Notes: generated from the letters alone by a model not told the origin. Positions 38,417 through 49,164 are shown, counted from the stretch's first letter. The stretch: 64,000 bases of DNA from Bythopirellula sp. (GCA_965216565.1 OZ244170.1:1536001-1600000), one strand, 5' to 3'. Made by a program: numbers and translations.

Positions 38417-40111
38417 ATGGCAACAAGCATAGAGAACAATCCTTTCTTGGACCAATTCGCAGACCTGAGCTCATTACCAGGTTTTCAACCGCAAGGACTT
38501 TGTCACTTCGACAAGGACCATCGGATCGTGGTGATGAACCGGCAATTTCAAACGCTGTACGGGTTACCCGAGAGTCTGCTCAAGCCGGGCACACATCGGG
38601 ATGAAGTCATCTCAGCAATTGAAGATGCCACCTTGCGTGATTTACTGACGGACGTAACGTCCAACCCATGCGGATTCGGATCGACGAATCGGGTTTGGCA
38701 AACTGAACAAGGACGGCTGATTGCCGTCTCTTGCGAACTCTTGCCCGATGGCAGTTACACAACCTTGCATGAAGACATCACCACGTCGAATCAAGAGAAT
38801 GCGAAATACGCTAGACTTGCGACTCATGACCCTTTGACAGGATTACTCAACCGCCAGGCGTTTGACGATGAATTGCAACGGGTGCTTTCGCAAAACGAGA
38901 GCATGAAAGAACATGCCCTGCTGTACATCGACCTCGACCGATTCAAAATAGTTAACGACACTCTCGGTCACCCCATCGGCGATCAAGCACTGATAGCGAT
39001 TACCGAGCGGATTCGAAATGTCATCCGGTCTGAAGACAAGCTTGCCCGACTGGGGGGCGATGAGTTTGCGTTGCTGCAGGTGGAGGCGCAACAACCAGAT
39101 GCATCACGCTCTGCTGCCCGCCGGATTATTGATACCGTCGCTCAACCTCTCTCAATCAGTGGACACTCCGTGAATCTCGGTGCCAGCGTGGGCATAGCTA
39201 TCGCCCCCTTCGACGCTGATAACGCAGAGCTGCTGCTGCAGAATGCCGACCTGGCTCTCTACCGCGCGAAGCACGATGGCCGCAACACATTGCGTTACTT
39301 CGAGCCAGAAATGAGCAGACGTCTAGTCTTACGGAGAAAACTGGAATGCGAGCTTCGTTCGGCAATTGAGGCGGGTCAGTTCGAAATGCTCTACCAGCCC
39401 GTAATGAACCTTAACTCGCAGACAATCGAGTGCGTGGAAGGGCTCGTTCGGTGGCAGCATCCCGAGCTAGGGCTCGTCTCGCCCGACGACTTCATACCTC
39501 TCGCTGAAGAGACTGGCTTAATCAATCCACTCGGTGAATGGGTTCTCCGGCAAGTTTGTCGAGAAGCCGCTGAATGGGACGAAGGGATTCGCGTAGCGGT
39601 TAATGTATCTCCTGTCCAGCTTCGTTGTCGGATGTTTGCGTCGACTGTACAGAACATTCTCCAGGAAACGGGACTCGATCCTTCGCGCCTCGAAGTGGAG
39701 ATTACCGAAACAGCGCTGGTGGCAGATATAGAATTGACGATCGCAATCCTTACGGAGTTGCGTCAATTCGGAGTAAAAGTCGCCATGGACGATTTTGGCA
39801 CGGGCTACTCCTCGATCAGCTATTTGCGACGCTTTCCGTTCGACAAAATTAAGATCGACCGATCTTTTGTTTCCGGAGTAGATGCCGATCCCGAAGCTGC
39901 TGCTCTGATAAAGATGATCGCTGCTTTGGGGGTAAGCCTGGCGGTCTCGACAACCGCCGAAGGTGTCGAAACAGATTCCGAATTGGATTTGGTTCGTCAA
40001 GCAGGTTGCACCCACATCCAGGGGTATCATCTAAGCAAACCTGTCAACGCGGGAGCAATCGTCGCTCTCCTGGAATCAAACAAAGATGACAAGACTTACT
40101 TGGGAGAATAA
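38417..40111 (+). CDS. PAS-like + GGDEF + EAL bifunctional c-di-GMP enzyme
   Basis: Motifs HEDIT, HDPLTGLLNR, DLDRFK, RLGGDEF, YQP, EGLVRW, AVNVS, EVEITE, DDFGTGYSS, KIDRSF, AEGVET and QGY. Confidence 0.95.
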   Translation: MATSIENNPFLDQFADLSSLPGFQPQGLCHFDKDHRIVVMNRQFQTLYGLPESLLKPGTHRDEVISAIEDATLRDLLTDVTSNPCGFGSTNRVWQTEQGRLIAVSCELLPDGSYTTLHEDITTSNQENAKYARLATHDPLTGLLNRQAFDDELQRVLSQNESMKEHALLYIDLDRFKIVNDTLGHPIGDQALIAITERIRNVIRSEDKLARLGGDEFALLQVEAQQPDASRSAARRIIDTVAQPLSISGHSVNLGASVGIAIAPFDADNAELLLQNADLALYRAKHDGRNTLRYFEPEMSRRLVLRRKLECELRSAIEAGQFEMLYQPVMNLNSQTIECVEGLVRWQHPELGLVSPDDFIPLAEETGLINPLGEWVLRQVCREAAEWDEGIRVAVNVSPVQLRCRMFASTVQNILQETGLDPSRLEVEITETALVADIELTIAILTELRQFGVKVAMDDFGTGYSSISYLRRFPFDKIKIDRSFVSGVDADPEAAALIKMIAALGVSLAVSTTAEGVETDSELDLVRQAGCTHIQGYHLSKPVNAGAIVALLESNKDDKTYLGE

Positions 40112-40114
40112 CAA

Positions 40115-40534
40115 ATGTTTCGACGATTACTTTACACCAGCCATGCGGCAGAAGGCGTGGATTCAAGACAGGTCTTCGATATCATACGAACATCCCACAA
40201 TCGCAATAGCCGTGCTGGTCTGACTGGAGGCCTACTATTCGTGGACGGCTATTTCTATCAGTTGTTGGAAGGACTGCGGGGCGCTGTCGAGCAAAGGTAC
40301 GATCGAATTGCGGCGGACCCAAGGCACCACAGTGTTGAGCTGCGTCTCGACGAGACGGCTGACGAGCCGATCTTCGCCAATGACTGGATGGCACTTCGCG
40401 ATGCTTCTCAAATCGACGATTCGATTCTAGCCCATTTTGGTTGTTCACCAGGGTCGCCACCCGAAGCCATGCAAGACGACCAAGTGTTTGAGTTCTTGCT
40501 CACCTGCTTTGAGAAGGAAATAGTTCATTGCTGA
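40115..40534 (+). CDS. Stand-alone BLUF (blue-light FAD) photoreceptor
   Basis: Motifs LLYTS, N..AGLTGGL, FYQLLEG, I.ADPRH and F..DWM. It starts 3 nt after the GGDEF-EAL stop. Confidence 0.9.
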   Translation: MFRRLLYTSHAAEGVDSRQVFDIIRTSHNRNSRAGLTGGLLFVDGYFYQLLEGLRGAVEQRYDRIAADPRHHSVELRLDETADEPIFANDWMALRDASQIDDSILAHFGCSPGSPPEAMQDDQVFEFLLTCFEKEIVHC

Positions 40535-40667
40535 TTGAAATAGCTGGTCGGAAAAGAATCCATAGCCCGTAACCTGGGTAGCCGGTAGGCGTAACCCCAC
40601 GTCCTTTCTCGCCCTCGTCTTTGTCGTTGTCACTCGCAAGCCAGGCAATACCTGAGGGCGACTCAGA

Positions 40668-41600
40668 TTACGAGTTATGGCTTGTCGCTGCTTCCTGCAT
40701 CAACTGCCCCGCGCGGTACGAGCTGCGGACGAGGGGTCCTGCGGCGACGCCGCCGAAGCCCATCGCGCGGGCTTCGCTTTCCCACTCGGCAAATTGGTCG
40801 GGGTGCACGTAGCGATCGACCGGCAAGAATCGCGTTCCCGGTTTTCCCGGGGCGAGGTATTGGCCGAGCGTTAAGAGTTCCACGCCGGCGTCGCGCAACA
40901 GCCGCATGGCTGAGACCACTTCCTCATCGGTTTCGCCCAGGCCGACCATAATACTGCTTTTGGTCCACATGTCGGGACGCAACCGTTTGGCGCGCTGCAG
41001 AACTTCCAAGCTTTGTGCAAAGGAAGCCTTGGGATCTCGGACAAGGGAATCGAGTCGCGGAACGCACTCCACGTTGTGGGCAAAAACGGCGAGTGGAACT
41101 CCGTCGAGAAGATGTGCCAATGCCTCCCAATTGCCATCCAGGTCGCTGGAGAGCAGCTCCACGTCGGTGTTCGGGAGTCGATTTTTGACTGCCACCACGC
41201 ACTTCCTGTAGTGATCGGCACCACCATCGTCCAGGTCATCGCGATTTACTACCGTGATCACCACATGCTCTAGCTCCATCCGCTCTACGGCGTCGGCCAG
41301 TCTTTCCGGCTCGTCGACTTCAAGTGGCGGCGGTTGTCGCAGGGTTTCGACCGAACAGAATCGGCAGCCGCGGGTACATTCCTTGCCCGCCACCATAAAC
41401 GTGGCCGTCCCTCGTGCCCAGCAGTCGTGAATGTTGGGGCAGCGAGCCTCTTCGCACACGGTGTGTAGCTCGTTGCCGAGCACGGTAAGCTGCGTGCTAT
41501 TGAAGGTACCCTGCGCACGCCCCGTCGGCAGGTTCACGCGCAGCCATTCGGGCAGACGTGGACGGGAAAAGACGATTTCAAGCGGCGGGCTGTTTTCCAT
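40668..41600 (-). CDS. lipA: Lipoyl synthase
   Basis: CEEARCPNIHDC (CX4CX5C), CTRGCRFC radical SAM motif and PLVRSSY. Confidence 0.95.
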   Translation of the reverse strand: MENSPPLEIVFSRPRLPEWLRVNLPTGRAQGTFNSTQLTVLGNELHTVCEEARCPNIHDCWARGTATFMVAGKECTRGCRFCSVETLRQPPPLEVDEPERLADAVERMELEHVVITVVNRDDLDDGGADHYRKCVVAVKNRLPNTDVELLSSDLDGNWEALAHLLDGVPLAVFAHNVECVPRLDSLVRDPKASFAQSLEVLQRAKRLRPDMWTKSSIMVGLGETDEEVVSAMRLLRDAGVELLTLGQYLAPGKPGTRFLPVDRYVHPDQFAEWESEARAMGFGGVAAGPLVRSSYRAGQLMQEAATSHNS

Positions 41601-41607
41601 CAGACTA

Positions 41608-41636
41608 ATTCTACGCTTAGCCTGTCAAACCTTCAA
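41608..41636 (-). promoter_or_regulatory. Sigma70-like promoter for lipA (possibly leaderless)
   Basis: Minus strand reads TTGAAG-17 bp-TAGAAT, and TAGAAT ends 7 nt before the ATG. Confidence 0.5.
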
Positions 41637-42558
41637 ACAGTGGCGTTGAGAGATAACGTTCACCCAGGCTGCACATGATGGTGACAATCCGCTTGCCAGC
41701 CATCTCGGGTCGAGCCGCCACTTTGGCTGCGGCACACATGTTCGCCCCACTGCTGATGCCGCCGAGGATGCCCTCTTCGCTCGCCAATCGTCGGGCCCAT
41801 TGGAAAGCTTCCTCGTTACTGACAGTGACCGTTTCGTCAACGATCGAGGTATCCAAGTTGCCGGGAATAAATCCAGCGCCGATGCCCTGAATTTTGTGCG
41901 GGCCAGGTTCTCCGCCACTGATGACCGGTGAATCGACCGGCTCGACAGCAATCGCTTTGAACTCTGGATTCTTTGATTTCAAGAATCGAGAAGCTCCTGT
42001 AATGGTGCCACCGGTGCCGACGCCGGCAATAATCGCATCGATCTTTTGTCCGGAGTCTTCCCAAATTTCAGGACCGGTGGTCGCTTCGTGGATTGCCGGG
42101 TTGGCTGGGTTCTCGAATTGCTGGGGCATCCAAGCGTTCTTGCCGGTTTCCACCAACTCGGTCGCTTTGGAAATGGCACCTTTCATGCCCTTGGCGGCGG
42201 GTGTCAAAACGATCTCCGCACCGAGAATTCGCAATAGGGCACGACGCTCTAGAGACATCGATTCTGGCATCGTCAATGTCAGCTTGTAGCCCTTGGCCGC
42301 ACAGACAAACGCCAAGGCGATCCCCGTATTGCCACTGGTGGGCTCGATGATGTGCGTGTCGGCGTTCACCTTGCCATCTTTCTCCCCCGCGGCGATCATT
42401 GCGGCGCCGATACGATCTTTCACGCTATTCAGCGGATTGAAAAACTCGCACTTGGCAAAAACGGTTGCGTGGCCTTCGGGGACCAGACGGTTAATCTGAA
42501 TCATGGGCGTATCGCCGACGGCTGCTGCTGCGTGCTCAAAAGTTTTGTTGCGGGGCAT
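41617..42558 (-). CDS. cysK: Cysteine synthase A
   Basis: Motifs SVKDR (PLP Lys), EPTSGNTG, QQFEN, GVGTGGT, HKIQGIGAGF and GERYLST. Confidence 0.95.
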   Translation of the reverse strand: MPRNKTFEHAAAAVGDTPMIQINRLVPEGHATVFAKCEFFNPLNSVKDRIGAAMIAAGEKDGKVNADTHIIEPTSGNTGIALAFVCAAKGYKLTLTMPESMSLERRALLRILGAEIVLTPAAKGMKGAISKATELVETGKNAWMPQQFENPANPAIHEATTGPEIWEDSGQKIDAIIAGVGTGGTITGASRFLKSKNPEFKAIAVEPVDSPVISGGEPGPHKIQGIGAGFIPGNLDTSIVDETVTVSNEEAFQWARRLASEEGILGGISSGANMCAAAKVAARPEMAGKRIVTIMCSLGERYLSTPLFEGLTG

Positions 42559-42710
42559 GATGGCTCCTGGGAGCTAAGGGGGAAATATGGAGAGTGAGAG
42601 AGTCCGCTAAGCCGTCTCTCCCATCGATTCACTGGTAGTTGCCTGGATTATCAACGTTCCCTCTCAGTCGAGCAACCCCGACGTGTGATCCCGACGGGCC
42701 ACCTAGTTGC

Positions 42711-45700
42711 TCATGGAGATTCTCGCAGTTTCCCATAGCCCCCACCGCCCGGTGTCTTGACGATCAGCCGATCGCCGGGTTCCACGTCTAGCTCGCAAAT
42801 ACCGGGGAGTTCCACTTGGTCGCCGCCGTCGGGGAGATAAACATTTCTACCCGCGGCCCCTGGCTCACCGCCTGCCATGCCGTAAGGTGGATGAGGACCC
42901 CGTCGCTGAGAAATCAGCGATAGCTTGAAGGAATCGAGAAACTCCAGCGTGCGGATTACCCCCTCGCCGCCCGACTGGGCTCCCTTCCCACCCGAGCCAT
43001 GCCTGATTGCGAACTGCCACAGCCGAATTGGGTGCCGTCGCTCGAGCACCTCCGGATCGGTCGCCCGCGTGTTGGTCATGTGAACCTGCACTGCTGTGGC
43101 TCCCGGTTGCTCGGCCGTGGCCCCGGAACCCCCGCAGATGGTTTCGTAGTAGCCGAACTTCTCGTTGCCAAAGAGCAGATTGTTCATGGTGCCCTGGCTG
43201 GCTCCGGCAATGCCGAGCGCACCCAACAGGACGTCGACCACACGCTGAGAGGTCTCCACGTTCCCCGCCGCCATGGCAGGAGAATCGATGGGGTCCGCAG
43301 CGGGCCCGGGATTCAACATGCACTCAGGTAGGTAGATCTCGACTGCCCTCAGCACACCCTCGTTGAGCGGGATATCTTCGTCGACCAGTAGTCTCAAAAC
43401 GTACAGCACCGCTGCCGTGACGATCGCCCGATTGGCATTCAAGTTCCCGGCAACGACGGGCGCACTCCCTGTGAAATCGAATATAGCCGCGGGGCTGTTT
43501 AGCTTTTGCGAGAATGTGATCGCTACCTGGATCGGTACGCTCTGGGAGTCGCTTGTCTCGAGATAGTCCACAAACGAACAACTTGTCTTGTGCAACTTGG
43601 CGACAGCAGCACGCACTTTCGATTCGGCTGCCGTTTGGATTGATTCCACATTCTCTTTGACGACCGGCAGACCATAGCTGGCGACCAAACCGAGCAAGTC
43701 GTGGGCGCCATGCAAGTTGGCCGCGACCTGGGCACGGATGTCGGCCAGATTCTCTGCAACGTTCCGGGAAGGGTAGGGCCCGGAAGAGAGGAGAGCTTCC
43801 AATTCCGACTCATGCGAGTTGCCGTTCTTAACAAGTGCGAAATTGCTGATCAAGACGCCTTCTTCGCCCAGGCGTTTCGAGTTGGGCGGCATCGAGCCGG
43901 GACGGATCCCACCGATTTCCGCATGATGAGCTCGACTGGCGGTGAAAAAGATTAGCTCTTGTGAATCTGACTGGAAGACCGGTGTGATGACCGTCACATC
44001 GGGAAGATGCGACCCGCCTCGGTAGGGATCGTTCGTCACAAAGACGTCGCCGGAAGACACATCCGGGTAAGCGGCCAGCGTGGCCCGCACGCTCTCTCCC
44101 ATCGCCCCCAGGTGCACCGGCACATGCGGGGCATTGGCAATAAGTTCGCCCTCTGCCGAGAAGATAGCGCAACTAAAGTCGAGTCGCTCCTTCACGTTGA
44201 CGCTACTCGCCGTGCGACGCAGCACATGGCCCATTTGCTCGGCGATTCCTGCAAATAGATTGCTAAAGATTTCCAGCATCACGGGACTGGATTCTACGAT
44301 CGCTGTGGGTTGCCCCTGCGAATCGGACTGATCAACAAGTAACACTTCGCCGCCCGAGAGCACTTCCGCTTGCCAGCCCGGTTCCACGACCATCGTGGAA
44401 TGAGCATCCGCAATGATTGCAGGCCCCGGGACGGCGTCCCCAGCATCAAGCTCAGTTCGCTCCCAGTAGTCTGCCTCAACTTCTTTGCCTTGGAAAACCG
44501 ACGTCGATCGGTTGGGCGTCTTCGGAAAACTCAGTTTGCATCGTTCCGTTTTCTCATCAGGCGCTGGATTCTTGCCAATGGCTTCCACACGAGCCGTCAC
44601 CAGTTCTAGGGACCGCCCCTGGTGAACATAGCCGAAGTTGCAACGATGTTCCGCTGCGAAGCTTTCAGCCAGGTCGACGTGAGGGGAGTAGAGTATATTC
44701 AGCGGAACGTCGGTTCCCTGGTATCTCACATCGACCGTTTGCCGAACCTCAATTTGCTCGGCAACAAAACCTTCTTCCGCAAGTTGTTGGACCGGCTCTG
44801 TGGACAGCGTATCAAATAGCGAGGGCAATTCTCGCAGCGTGTTTTCGTTGAGCTCTTTGGCAACACCCATGGCGGCATGCCGCGAGGCGTCGGCCTGGCC
44901 GATACCATAAGCACTGAGGATCGCTGCGTCGGGGTGAATGAGAATTTGCGCGATCCCCAATTCTCGCGCGATAGCGCAAGCATGTTGAGACCCCGCGCCC
45001 CCGAAGCAAACCAGCACATACTCGGCGGGGTCCGCCCCCTTGGCGATGGAGACACTGCGAATTGCCCGCACCATGTTCGCGTTGGCGATGTGCAAGAGCC
45101 CCTCGGCCAGTTCGTGCTCCGAGAGTACTTCGCCCGTGGTGGATTGCACGCGAGTAGCCAGTTCGGCGAGTCGATTTTCGGCTGCCCTACGGTTTAGTTG
45201 AAACGGAAAGTGGTCTACGGCGATTCGTCCCAGGAGGAGGTTTACGTCGGTGACCGTGAGCGGCCCGCCCCGTCCATAGCAGGCGGGACCTGGATCGGCT
45301 CCCGCGCTCTCTGGACCCACTACGAGGTTGGTGCCGTCGAAACCGCAAATCGACCCACCCCCTGCCGCCACCGTATCGATGGCCAGGGTGGGCGTCATGA
45401 TTCGCACACCTGCCTTGCGCGATTCGTATTCGTACGCGTAATGACCATCGAAGCGCGAGACATCGGTACTGGTGCCTCCCATGTCGAAACCAATCGCCTT
45501 GGAGAACCCAGCGGCCTGGGCGATTCGCGCGTAACCAACCACGCCTCCCGCGGGGCCGGAGAGCACACTTTGCGAACCGCGAAAATCGTCCGCTGGCACC
45601 AGACCTCCCGCGGAGGTCATGAACCGAATGTGACTTCCCGGCAAAGAATTCTGGAGATCTGCGAGGTAAGTCCTAAGCACCGGGTTCAAATAGGCATCGA

Positions 45701-46544
45701 CCACGGTGGTCTCCGCACGTGGAACGATCTTCACTAGCGGAGCGACATCGCTCGAGCAGCTTACCTCAGCAAAGCCGACCTCCTTGGCCAGTTGCTTGAT
45801 GCGCTGTTCGTGCTCAGGGTACAAATCGGCGTGCAAAAAACAGATCGCCAGAGATTCGATCCCTTGCTGCTTGAGCTTCTCTAAATATGCACGCAGCACT
45901 TCGTCTTCTGGCGTTTGCAAAACCTCACCGTCAGCCGTGACCCGCTCGTTGATTTCTACAGAGCGTTCCGTGAGCGGGGATGATTTACGAACCGCCAGAT
46001 CGAACAACCGTGGCCGTTCTTGGCTGCCAATTTCCAATAGGTCGCCGAATCCTTTGGTGATCAGCAGTGCCGACTTCGCTCCGGTACGGGTCAACAGGGC
46101 ATTCGTCCCCCGAGTGGTACCGAGCCGCAAGCGAACCGGCGGGACTTGCTCGCAAAGGGGCAAGCCTAACAGAAGTCGAATGGCCAGGACGGGGGCCTCT
46201 AAATCGCAGAAGAGCTCATAGTTTATCGCCGAATCCGCCGCGATTGGCTCCGCCAGTTCGATCGCGCCGGCTTTCGAGTCGAAAGAAACCACCTTGGTCT
46301 CGGCAACTGAGGCACCTGCTCGATCAAGCAATCGGCAGGAGAAATCGACCCAAAAGTCGATGGGATCGCCAATGCGTGCTGCGTCGAGAACACGCACCCC
46401 GCCAGAATCTGCACCGACGGTTCCCTTGGTGATGCCCGAGCTGAGGATCTTAAATCGCTGCTGGGTACCCTTGGGATCGCGCGCTACACAGTCGGTAAAC
46501 GTCCCACCGACGTCAATCCAGAATTCCCAGGGCAAAGCTTCCAT
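42711..46544 (-). CDS. Fused hydantoinase A/B / 5-oxoprolinase (ATP-hydrolysing)
   Basis: Motifs [76 protein letters not shown] and TPGGGGYG. Likely start is ATG 46544. Confidence 0.93.
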   Translation of the reverse strand: MEALPWEFWIDVGGTFTDCVARDPKGTQQRFKILSSGITKGTVGADSGGVRVLDAARIGDPIDFWVDFSCRLLDRAGASVAETKVVSFDSKAGAIELAEPIAADSAINYELFCDLEAPVLAIRLLLGLPLCEQVPPVRLRLGTTRGTNALLTRTGAKSALLITKGFGDLLEIGSQERPRLFDLAVRKSSPLTERSVEINERVTADGEVLQTPEDEVLRAYLEKLKQQGIESLAICFLHADLYPEHEQRIKQLAKEVGFAEVSCSSDVAPLVKIVPRAETTVVDAYLNPVLRTYLADLQNSLPGSHIRFMTSAGGLVPADDFRGSQSVLSGPAGGVVGYARIAQAAGFSKAIGFDMGGTSTDVSRFDGHYAYEYESRKAGVRIMTPTLAIDTVAAGGGSICGFDGTNLVVGPESAGADPGPACYGRGGPLTVTDVNLLLGRIAVDHFPFQLNRRAAENRLAELATRVQSTTGEVLSEHELAEGLLHIANANMVRAIRSVSIAKGADPAEYVLVCFGGAGSQHACAIARELGIAQILIHPDAAILSAYGIGQADASRHAAMGVAKELNENTLRELPSLFDTLSTEPVQQLAEEGFVAEQIEVRQTVDVRYQGTDVPLNILYSPHVDLAESFAAEHRCNFGYVHQGRSLELVTARVEAIGKNPAPDEKTERCKLSFPKTPNRSTSVFQGKEVEADYWERTELDAGDAVPGPAIIADAHSTMVVEPGWQAEVLSGGEVLLVDQSDSQGQPTAIVESSPVMLEIFSNLFAGIAEQMGHVLRRTASSVNVKERLDFSCAIFSAEGELIANAPHVPVHLGAMGESVRATLAAYPDVSSGDVFVTNDPYRGGSHLPDVTVITPVFQSDSQELIFFTASRAHHAEIGGIRPGSMPPNSKRLGEEGVLISNFALVKNGNSHESELEALLSSGPYPSRNVAENLADIRAQVAANLHGAHDLLGLVASYGLPVVKENVESIQTAAESKVRAAVAKLHKTSCSFVDYLETSDSQSVPIQVAITFSQKLNSPAAIFDFTGSAPVVAGNLNANRAIVTAAVLYVLRLLVDEDIPLNEGVLRAVEIYLPECMLNPGPAADPIDSPAMAAGNVETSQRVVDVLLGALGIAGASQGTMNNLLFGNEKFGYYETICGGSGATAEQPGATAVQVHMTNTRATDPEVLERRHPIRLWQFAIRHGSGGKGAQSGGEGVIRTLEFLDSFKLSLISQRRGPHPPYGMAGGEPGAAGRNVYLPDGGDQVELPGICELDVEPGDRLIVKTPGGGGYGKLRESP

Positions 46545-46720
46545 CTGGGAGATCTTATCACAAGAGTTGCCAAATCTGTATGAGCCCCGCGACTGAACTC
46601 GCCGCAAGCGGTGCCAAGTGAACCAGATGCCAGAACGACGAGCCCCCCACAGGCGAGCGAACAATCACAAGGAGTTGTCCGCTGCGCCCTTCGTCGTTCT
46701 GGAATCCTGGCTCAAGAAAT

Positions 46721-47743
46721 CTAGCGTCTGAGATTGCGATTGAATTTTCGCCACGCCGTGGAGATGCCGTTCCCCTGAGAAGACTTGCTACTCCGTTTGC
46801 GGGTTAAATCCGCTAGCGTTCTCCCTGGTGGGGGATCCACAAAGAACTCTGGATCGTCGATGACCCACGGTGTCGACCAATTCTTGCCATTGTCCCAGTT
46901 GGCAACGTTTAGGAAGAACACATCAAAGTAGGTACATTTCGAGCCGTACGGAAAACTCGAATACAGATGGTCTTCTTCGGTCAAATCTTCGACACCTGCG
47001 TGTGCATAGTAATGCACCTGACCGTCGGGCGTGAACGACATGCCGAAGGTCCACCAGCCTGGTTCGTAGATCTTCGGACCGCCGAAGTCGCGACCGTTGG
47101 GTTGGGCCCGAAAGCTGATCTGTGCAAAATCTTTGTCAAACCGCTTACTCGTCTCACTGCGGAACAGAACAAAGAAACCGGGCCAATAGGGCTCGACTTC
47201 GCCGTCGCGAGTTTTACCGCGTACGTCCGCGCGGATTCCAAAGGACGCGCCGGTGCGATTTTCCCATTGATCGAACTCGGGCAGGTAAACCCGCACCGTG
47301 CAACTCGGTTTCCAACTGACGTGAACCGGGCGACCGATTCTGGTAGAAACGCCCATCAACAGGTCGTCTTGCATTTGAATCCCGCTCAGCTTGCCAGGGA
47401 TGCCGGAAAGCCGGGTCCGCATCAACAACGCTCCTTTGCTCCCTGCCAGTCCGCCTGGAGGTGTCTGCACTCGTTTCACTACATCGGGTTGGCCCCGCAT
47501 TCCACTTTCGTACCAGCGGCCATTGTTGGATTTGCCGCCCGGTGGCCGTTGCTGCTCATCCTGCTCGTAGCTCGCCTTGGCTCCGTTCATTTTGTACGAC
47601 CAACGAGGGTCTTCAAAATTGTCGCCCACTTGGGGCACCTTCACGCCTTCGCCAGGGACAAAGGCAGTGTCGCCCTGCGCGTAAGGAGTCGACAGCATGA
47701 ACAAGCACGTCAGCAGCAGAGCAAAAAAACAGCGGTGGACCAT
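46721..47743 (-). CDS. Exported hypothetical protein
   Basis: Signal-peptide-like N-terminus (AQG|D) and a Gly/Trp/aromatic-rich, probably beta-sandwich body. Confidence 0.7.
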   Translation of the reverse strand: MVHRCFFALLLTCLFMLSTPYAQGDTAFVPGEGVKVPQVGDNFEDPRWSYKMNGAKASYEQDEQQRPPGGKSNNGRWYESGMRGQPDVVKRVQTPPGGLAGSKGALLMRTRLSGIPGKLSGIQMQDDLLMGVSTRIGRPVHVSWKPSCTVRVYLPEFDQWENRTGASFGIRADVRGKTRDGEVEPYWPGFFVLFRSETSKRFDKDFAQISFRAQPNGRDFGGPKIYEPGWWTFGMSFTPDGQVHYYAHAGVEDLTEEDHLYSSFPYGSKCTYFDVFFLNVANWDNGKNWSTPWVIDDPEFFVDPPPGRTLADLTRKRSSKSSQGNGISTAWRKFNRNLRR

Positions 47744-47820
47744 CCTTGGTCTCCGGATAGAACAAAAAAGTAGAGTTATCAGACTAGTACAGTGTTTCAA
47801 CTTGAATCATGAGTTTGCTC

Positions 47821-47879
47821 AATAGCCGGACCGCCATGCGGTCCGGATGACTCCGGAGGCAAGTGTGCCTCCGGCTATT
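47821..47879. repeat. REP-like double palindrome
   Basis: Two perfect 9-bp hairpins (CCGGACCGC/GCGGTCCGG and CCGGAGGCA/TGCCTCCGG), framed by a 10-bp outer inverted repeat AATAGCCGGA/TCCGGCTATT. Confidence 0.7.
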
Positions 47880-47966
47880 TAGGCGTACTCCAAATTCTTA
47901 GCTGAGACAGTGTGCTAGAACCAGTATCGGCAGAAACTGCGCAATCGTTAAACCTTTCCAGGCGTG

Positions 47967-48365
47967 CTAGCTCTCCGCCTGGGTACCGAGGGCTTCGGCG
48001 ATACGCAAATCCACAACCTGTAAGAGCAGATCGTGCAATCCCAGCGGGGCGGTTACCACGTGATCGACGCCTGGCTGCTGGTCAGCAGCCTCTTTCACCA
48101 AGCGAGGAATATCCTGAGAAGAATGGCGGCCGGGCCCAAGAAAATAAGGCATCACGACGACCCGCCCGGCCCCTCGCTCCACGCAGCGAGCAAACGCCGT
48201 TGCAATCGAGGGCTCCGCTAGCTCCATGTGTGCCGGTTCAACGATTTCCCAATCAAACTTTGCGCGGAAGGCCTCGGCAATCTCTAGGAGCAACTCGTTG
48301 CTAGCGGCAACTTTTGAGCCATGATCGACTAAAATCACGGCAGTACAAATTGCATCGGTATCCAT
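47967..48365 (-). CDS. Single-domain CbiX/SirB-type sirohydrochlorin chelatase
   Basis: Motifs LVDHGS, AHMELAEPSI, PYFLGPGRH..DIP and PLG.H. Confidence 0.85.
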   Translation of the reverse strand: MDTDAICTAVILVDHGSKVAASNELLLEIAEAFRAKFDWEIVEPAHMELAEPSIATAFARCVERGAGRVVVMPYFLGPGRHSSQDIPRLVKEAADQQPGVDHVVTAPLGLHDLLLQVVDLRIAEALGTQAES

Positions 48366-48566
48366 TCAACCGCAGCCTTCTTAGTGATCTGAGAATGTCC
48401 GCGAATTCAGCGAGGAACTTACCAACGCGGCGCCTGGTGTTACTGCGAGGTTTGCTGAGGAATTTGGCTAGATCCCTCGGCGGATCTCGGGATGACAATT
48501 ACTGACGTAGCTAAACAAGTTCGTTGGATAAAGCACAACGCATCCTCGTCAATACGTCACCAAGTA

Positions 48567-48851
48567 TTAGTTCTTGTAAATCTTGTGCTGGGGTCGACCA
48601 GAGAGAATCTGTTCTTTGCCCCAATTGGTCACGCCGCGGAACTCGTCGCTGCGGATGAAGTTGGTGAATGCCTCTTCGTCGGACCACTCGCTGGTGATCA
48701 GATAAGACGCCCCATCGGCGGTATCCTTCCACAGCGTACTGTTGGTATGTCCCTCGGCCGCATTGAGCGCATCGATCACCGCGGCAAACTTTTCTTCAAA
48801 ATCTTGTTGCTTGCCTTCGATAACGTGATAGTTCATCCCTACGGTGATCAT
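48567..48851 (-). CDS. Antibiotic biosynthesis monooxygenase (ABM) family protein
   Basis: A 94-aa dimeric alpha/beta barrel pattern (F...F, GH, YLITSEWSDEEAF..F.RS..F). GGAGA SD. Confidence 0.8.
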   Translation of the reverse strand: MITVGMNYHVIEGKQQDFEEKFAAVIDALNAAEGHTNSTLWKDTADGASYLITSEWSDEEAFTNFIRSDEFRGVTNWGKEQILSGRPQHKIYKN

Positions 48852-48891
48852 CGAGTTAGTTTCTCCGCTTCAAATGTGAAAAAAAAGTAGG

Positions 48892-49164
48892 TTACTCGTC
48901 TTCTGGCTCACCAACGTCAACCTTCGACCAATCAATCGGCTCTTCGTCGTTGGGGTGATTATCCAGGATCTCCCGTGCCTTTTCGACTTCGCTCTGTTTG
49001 ACGAGGATTTCGACGACTCCGGGTGCCTCGGCCTTGAAGCCTGCCGTAAAGCCGCCAACGGCTTGTGCTTTTACGCCTCCAGCCTCTAGGGCAGCTACGA
49101 TGGCGGCCGCTTCCATATCGTTGGGTGCGGTGATCAGTGTGACGGGGTTGTCGGAGTTTTCCAT
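48892..49164 (-). CDS. DUF2007-like putative signal-transducing protein
   Basis: EA..I...LE..GV...V.ILV...E..KA.EIL pattern. Confidence 0.7.
   Translation of the reverse strand: MENSDNPVTLITAPNDMEAAAIVAALEAGGVKAQAVGGFTAGFKAEAPGVVEILVKQSEVEKAREILDNHPNDEEPIDWSKVDVGEPEDE

Noticed and set aside
46967..47773. 268-aa plus-strand ORF
   Set aside because: It is antisense to a more protein-like ORF that has a signal peptide.
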